DNA of 64,000 nucleotides from Escherichia coli (GTDB lineage Bacteria; Pseudomonadota; Gammaproteobacteria; Enterobacterales; Enterobacteriaceae): NCBI RefSeq assembly GCF_029227855.1, contig NZ_CP074356.1; one strand, 5' to 3'. Shown piece by piece: positions 58,729 to 64,000 of this stretch (position 1 is its first letter; each line of letters starts with the position of its first letter). The notes under the pieces were generated by a model. It saw only the letters and a program-made list of their open reading frames with translations, ran no database searches and was not told where the DNA came from. The position numbers and the translations under genes were made by a program.

Positions 58729-60045
58729 TTAAGCGCGTTGATTGTCTTTCATCAACAAAGCGGTCATTGCGGAAATCAGGCATCCAGCCAGCAAATAAAT
58801 AGCGACGCTATGCCAGTTCCCGGCAAAGTAAGTGATGAGTGCAGCGGCAATAAAAGGTGTAAATCCACCGCCAACCACACTGGCAACCTGATAACCGACT
58901 CCAGCGCCACTATAGCGATAACTGGCACCAAACATTTCGGTAAACATCGGTTGTTGTACACACACCACCATATCATGCGCAATGTTTGCCAGCATGATGG
59001 AGAAGAAAACTATCCAGAAAATAGATTGTGCTTCAAGCGCCATAAAGAAAGGAAATGCGCTCAACGTTCCGAATAACGCACCTGTGATATAAACCCTGCG
59101 GCGACCAAAACGATCGGCAAGCCAGGCAAAACAGGGAATTGTCAGGCAGCTTAATCCACCGACCAGCAAACCAATATTAAGGAAAAGTTCGCGCGGTAAC
59201 CCCATATTCTGGGTTGAATAATTAAGTGCAAAGGCAGTAACAATGTACATCGTCAGCAACTCGCACAGTCGTAGTGCAATAATCTTCAGGAAAGCACCGG
59301 GATGTCGTAACAGAGCTTCGATAACCGGGATGCGTTTTTTCGCGGCCGCTTGATTATGTTGCTGTTGTTCAAATTCCGCGGACTCCTCCATGCCATTGCG
59401 CACCCACAATGCTCCCAGTACCAGTACGATGCTAAACAGGAAAGGAATGCGCCAGCCCCAGCTTAAAAACTGTTCGTCAGTCGTCATCATACTGATCAAT
59501 GAAACCAGTCCGGTTGAAAGCAGTAAACCTACTCCGTAGCCAACTTGTACACCGCTACTGTAAAAGGCTTTTTTATTTTTCGGCGCACTTTCAACGGAAA
59601 GCAACGCTGCGCCTCCCCATTCGCCGCCGACGGCAAATCCCTGAATGGCACGCAGTGTCACCAGCAAAATAGGTGCCCACCACCCAATGGTCGAGAATGA
59701 AGGAAGAATACCAATCAAGGCTGTCGCGATGCCCATCATCCAGACGGTCAGCATTAACATGCGCTTACGTCCCAGTCGGTCGCCAAAGTGACCGAAAATG
59801 ACACCGCCTAGCGGTCGGAAAAGGAAGCCGACACCAAAGGTGGCAAATGCGGCGAGCGTTCCCATCGCCGGGCTTACTTGCGGGAAAAACTCGCGATTAA
59901 ACACCAGTGCGGCGGTAATGCCATAGAGTAAAAAATCATACCAGTCGACGACGGCACCAGCGAAACTGCCTAACGCAGCTCGTCGGGCGCGACTTAACGA
60001 AAGCGTCCCTTCATCGGGACGAGTGGAGATGAGCGTGGAGTCCAT
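58729..60045 (-). CDS. shiA: Shikimate transporter ShiA (MFS)
   Basis: 438-aa 12-TM MFS ORF MDSTLISTRPDEGTLSLSRARRAALGSFAGAVVDWYDFLLYG... Confidence 0.9.
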   Translation of the reverse strand: MDSTLISTRPDEGTLSLSRARRAALGSFAGAVVDWYDFLLYGITAALVFNREFFPQVSPAMGTLAAFATFGVGFLFRPLGGVIFGHFGDRLGRKRMLMLTVWMMGIATALIGILPSFSTIGWWAPILLVTLRAIQGFAVGGEWGGAALLSVESAPKNKKAFYSSGVQVGYGVGLLLSTGLVSLISMMTTDEQFLSWGWRIPFLFSIVLVLGALWVRNGMEESAEFEQQQHNQAAAKKRIPVIEALLRHPGAFLKIIALRLCELLTMYIVTAFALNYSTQNMGLPRELFLNIGLLVGGLSCLTIPCFAWLADRFGRRRVYITGALFGTLSAFPFFMALEAQSIFWIVFFSIMLANIAHDMVVCVQQPMFTEMFGASYRYSGAGVGYQVASVVGGGFTPFIAAALITYFAGNWHSVAIYLLAGCLISAMTALLMKDNQRA

Positions 60046-60359
60046 AATGATCCTGTTTGTACTGTCTTTTTATAATTAGTATGGAAAAGGTAACTCACAT
60101 TGCCGTCGATCTATAAACGAACCTTATGAGACTACCTCGACAGAGCGCATCTGCAAATGATTTTATGGCTGATTAGCGGCAACATGAAAAATTCGATGGA
60201 AGATGAAAGCACGGGCGTTGCTGGTGTTGTTTAAGGATTAAGCAGAGCACCCACAGGTTCGAGATATGAAACATAAAAGTCCGCATATGTACAAAATAGC
60301 ACCCTGATGAGTCTGATAGACTGCATTGCATTATAACCAGTAGGGAGGCGAGGTTAGGT

Positions 60360-61412
60360 ATGTTTTTAGCATCATTGTTGAGACGTATTGCATTTAGTTA
60401 CTACGATTATAAAGCTAATAATTTCAATATTGGAAAAACAGACTTTGTTGTCATCCATATTCCCGATCAAATTGGCGATGCTATGGCCATCTTTCCAGTT
60501 ATTCGGGCGATTGAAATGCATAAAATAAAGCATCTTTTAATTGTTACTTCGACTATTAATTTAGAAGTCTTTAATGCGCTCAAACTTGAACAGACTAAAT
60601 TAACATTAGTTACAATGACTATGCAGGATCACGCAACATTAAAAGAAATAAAAAATTTAGCGAAGAACATAACACTGCAATACGGTACGCCGGATCTTTG
60701 TATAGAGGCGATGCGTAAAAAGAACCTGAAAACGATGATATTTATCAGTCAGTTGAAAGCAAAAACGAATTTTCAGGTTGTTGGTTTAACCATGAAGTGC
60801 TATTCCCCTTTGTGTAAGGACGCGTCCCGGATGGATCAGAGTCTCCGGGCTCCCGTACCCATGACATGGGCATTTATGATGCGTGAGGCGGGTTTTCCAG
60901 CAGTCAGGCCAATATATGAATTGCCACTAAGTGAGGATGTACTCGATGAGGTGCGCGAGGAAATGCGATCGTTAGGAGCTTACATTGCGCTCAATTTAGA
61001 AGGTAGTGCACAGGAACGTACATTTTCATTATCGATAGCAGAAAATCTAATAGCAAAAATTCAAAGTGAAACAGATATGCCAATAGTGATCGTTCATGGA
61101 CCAAAAGGGGAAGATAAAGCCAGGGTATTAGTGGATTGTTATAATAATGTCTTCCGTTTATCCTTATCACCCTCGATTAAACGTTCGGCAGCAATCATAA
61201 AAGATGCTTATATCGCAATAACTCCTGACACCTCAATATTACATATGGCAAGTGCCTATAATACCCCCGTTGTTGCAATTTATGCTGATTACAAAACGCG
61301 ATGGCCCGCAATGGCCGATGTTTCGGAGTCAGTCGTCGTTGGGCAAAAAATTGACAATATAAGTCTGGATGAATTCGCAAAGGCATTAAAAAGTGTTTTG
61401 GCGAGAATATGA
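60360..61412 (+). CDS. yeeL: Putative glycosyltransferase YeeL (heptosyltransferase-like), apparently intact
   Basis: 350-aa uninterrupted ORF between shiA and yeeJ, the position of yeeL in K-12. Confidence 0.7.
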   Translation: MFLASLLRRIAFSYYDYKANNFNIGKTDFVVIHIPDQIGDAMAIFPVIRAIEMHKIKHLLIVTSTINLEVFNALKLEQTKLTLVTMTMQDHATLKEIKNLAKNITLQYGTPDLCIEAMRKKNLKTMIFISQLKAKTNFQVVGLTMKCYSPLCKDASRMDQSLRAPVPMTWAFMMREAGFPAVRPIYELPLSEDVLDEVREEMRSLGAYIALNLEGSAQERTFSLSIAENLIAKIQSETDMPIVIVHGPKGEDKARVLVDCYNNVFRLSLSPSIKRSAAIIKDAYIAITPDTSILHMASAYNTPVVAIYADYKTRWPAMADVSESVVVGQKIDNISLDEFAKALKSVLARI

Positions 61413-61673
61413 GGCAGTATTTATGCATATTAATGCCGATCTGTTATGAACGGTGGTGTCATCAATACTCTGTGGCTGGTCAATCATTACAGAAAGCCAG
61501 TCTTTGGAGCAAAGCTGTACTCACCGGATACAACCATAGTCACACCGAACGCGAATCTGGCGGTATCGCATTTTTATTTATTCATTTTCTGTGAGAGAAG
61601 GGCAAGTTCTGTAGAGGGAATGTAAAAAAGAGTGCCCCGAATGGAGCACTCTTTAAGGAATTATAGCGGAAAA

Positions 61674-64000
61674 TCAGAGGTTTTTATAACATGTCGCATG
61701 AGCAAACCCAAGCTTTTCATATACACTTTGCTCACCTGTTGCCAGAGAAATTACGTATTGTTCGCTTGAGTTTGCGGGACTAGATGACCAATACATATTT
61801 GATTGAAAACCAGCTTCAGTCGTGTAATGCCCCATATCTCCCCATTCACTGTACAGTGACCCGATGCCTCGGGAACGACTATGGTTTAAATGGTCTCCAA
61901 GGGGAAGTGTGTAGCCATTGCTACTGCAAAAATTTTCAGCAAGGCTGTATATCATGAAAGCATCGCCGGCGTTCACCCACCAACTCTTCACTCGGATTTC
62001 GTATATATAGCTAGGGCCGCCTGTTTTTGGCGTCGCCGTAATCCTCTCCCATTTGCTGCCGACATTTTTAAATGTCACTTTACCGGTAGCATCAACATCG
62101 ACCCAGGAGCCAGAGCTTGAAAACTCATAATCAGCCGCCGTTTTTCCTGGAGCAAAGTTGTCATTATTCAACTGATAATACGCCCCGGTGAATCCCTGCG
62201 AAGGGAATGTAGTTGTTGGTAGGTTAGCACCATTGACCAACACTGTACCGCTCATTATTTTGTCTTCTGCGCGAGTGAATTGTATTGTGGTACTCAGACC
62301 CGCTTGATGAACACCATTCAATACAGGGATCAGCGTTGCGATACCCTCTCCGCCGCCTGTAACAGTGGCTTTGTAATCACCGTTGATATTTTGACTGTAA
62401 TCAATTGCGCTAATTTTCACATAGGGCACGTTAGTACCTGATTGCACAAATTCCATCCCTTCAGAAACTTTGATCGGATTGCCTGATATATCGTACAAAA
62501 CAAGATGTAGCTCAGCACTATCGGTATAGTCCCCTTTCAGTGATGACCGATTGTTCTTAAGGACGGACTGCGAGGCGTCAGCCGGGCCTGCCACCAGCGT
62601 TATATCTACTGTTTGCATTCCACCAGCGGTCGTGACTGCGCTTACCGTGACGCTACCTGTCATCGCTCCTTTCACGCTTGTTGTCGCGATTCCGTTTTGA
62701 TCGGTCACCGCTGTTAATGTCGTTAATGTGGCAGAGCCGCTTTTTAAGGCGAAGTACACAGTGAGACCTTCGATCAGGTTACCACTGCCATCCTCAACCG
62801 TTGCCTTTAAGGTACTTAAATCACTGTTGGTGGCGGCGATAGTCGATGGATCAGCGATAAAGCTAGCAACATGTGCGGTGCTTGAGTTGCCAGTGACTTT
62901 CACGGTTGTCTGTGTCTGTATTGTTACGCCGTTATGGAACGATGCAGTCACCGTATATGTACCGACTTTATTGCTGGTCAGAACGACTGGTGCCTGACCT
63001 GAAGAGTTGGTTCTCACTTTTCCGCCACTTAACGTTGCACCTTCTGGCGTTACGCTAAAGTTGATGACCTGACCTTCCACTGGAGTGCCATTTGCAGAAG
63101 TTAGCGTTGCCGTCAGAGTTGCACCTGTTGGGGAATTGACACCGATAAGCGGGCTGGACGCCGTGAGTGTCAGTTTTTCATCAATAGCCTCCAGTTGTTT
63201 CTCAATTGAGGCTCCATTCGCCAGGGATGCTTTCACCATATACGAACCGTTTCTTTCGGGCGTCATGGTGACCTCGGCTATACCCTGCGTATTAGTAGAC
63301 ACCGTATTCTGGCTGATGATCATTTGCGAGGATGGCTCTGCACTGAATGTCACGGGTTGATGCGCAACCGGGTTGCCAAACTGGTCGTTAACGTGAGCTT
63401 TAACTGCTACGTCTTGTGCGACCATTACCTGACCTTCAGGTATCTCCAGACTGGTAAACGTCGCAGAATTAACATCTGCACTGGCATTCAGTAATCGCGA
63501 GATGACTTCAGTAGGTTTATCTGCCAGAGAGGCTGAAACTGTTTTCAGTCCGACCTCGGTGCTTGTCACAAGAATTTCAGCGAATCCCTGACTATCCGTT
63601 TCAACGCTGGTGCTGCTTAGCGTGACGGAGGTTCCGCGGAAATTAACTTTTATGCCTTCTACCGGGTTGCCGTTAGCGTCAGTGACGCTTGCCGTCATGG
63701 TTGCGCCCTCGGTCGTGCTGACGACGAATGAGTATACAGAGGTTAAGGAGGTCAGTTTTGCGGTACCAGCATCGGCAATCAACGTCACCTGTTTCGTATC
63801 ACTGACACCATAATTGTTCACGCTAACTGTCACGGGGTAGGTGCCGGATTTTGTACCGCTCAGTGTAACTTCAGCCTTGCCGTTGATGTCTGTAATGGCG
63901 GAACCGCCTTGTCCGAGAGTGAAGCTTGCGCTCACATCTGCCGGTAGCGTGAATGTCACCGCCTCATTGGCTAACGGGTTGCCGTTTCCATCAGTCACTG
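61674..64000 (-). CDS. yeeJ: Inverse-autotransporter adhesin YeeJ (intimin/invasin family), C-terminal part; N-terminus beyond window
   Basis: Long minus-strand ORF running off the window end; Thr/Ser/Val-rich Ig-like repeat region and C-terminal lectin-like tail ...ATCYKNL. Confidence 0.8.
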   Translation of the reverse strand, partial: VTDGNGNPLANEAVTFTLPADVSASFTLGQGGSAITDINGKAEVTLSGTKSGTYPVTVSVNNYGVSDTKQVTLIADAGTAKLTSLTSVYSFVVSTTEGATMTASVTDANGNPVEGIKVNFRGTSVTLSSTSVETDSQGFAEILVTSTEVGLKTVSASLADKPTEVISRLLNASADVNSATFTSLEIPEGQVMVAQDVAVKAHVNDQFGNPVAHQPVTFSAEPSSQMIISQNTVSTNTQGIAEVTMTPERNGSYMVKASLANGASIEKQLEAIDEKLTLTASSPLIGVNSPTGATLTATLTSANGTPVEGQVINFSVTPEGATLSGGKVRTNSSGQAPVVLTSNKVGTYTVTASFHNGVTIQTQTTVKVTGNSSTAHVASFIADPSTIAATNSDLSTLKATVEDGSGNLIEGLTVYFALKSGSATLTTLTAVTDQNGIATTSVKGAMTGSVTVSAVTTAGGMQTVDITLVAGPADASQSVLKNNRSSLKGDYTDSAELHLVLYDISGNPIKVSEGMEFVQSGTNVPYVKISAIDYSQNINGDYKATVTGGGEGIATLIPVLNGVHQAGLSTTIQFTRAEDKIMSGTVLVNGANLPTTTFPSQGFTGAYYQLNNDNFAPGKTAADYEFSSSGSWVDVDATGKVTFKNVGSKWERITATPKTGGPSYIYEIRVKSWWVNAGDAFMIYSLAENFCSSNGYTLPLGDHLNHSRSRGIGSLYSEWGDMGHYTTEAGFQSNMYWSSSPANSSEQYVISLATGEQSVYEKLGFAHATCYKNL

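Overview
Escherichia-type chromosomal window, gene order equivalent to E. coli K-12 read in reverse. It runs from wzzB (3' part) through the complete his operon (hisL attenuator to hisI), yefM-yoeB, yeeZ, yeeY, plaP, yeeE/yeeD, sbcB, dacD, sbmC, yeeA and yeeX. Where K-12 carries the CP4-44 prophage, this window has a Salmonella-like propanediol-utilisation microcompartment operon (pduA to pduV, minus strand) with divergent pduF-pocR. The cbi biosynthesis genes are missing, leaving a cobalamin riboswitch-like leader and an unidentified ORF ahead of cobU-cobS-cobT. Then come ldtA, three identical tRNA-Asn genes (asnV, asnU, asnW) interleaved with nac, cbl and yeeO, and the backbone genes yeeN, amn, shiA, yeeL and yeeJ (partial). 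The most interesting region is a ~10.5 kb island inserted at the 3' end of asnW and closed by a 20-bp direct repeat of the tRNA end. It carries a frameshifted P4-type integrase, repeat- and palindrome-rich non-coding DNA, a Ner-like regulator operon, and an Rhs element whose core is cut off from an unrecognised C-terminal toxin domain by an in-frame amber codon, followed by a Sel1-repeat candidate immunity gene. All calls rest on reading the sequence and recalled protein families; no database search was run.
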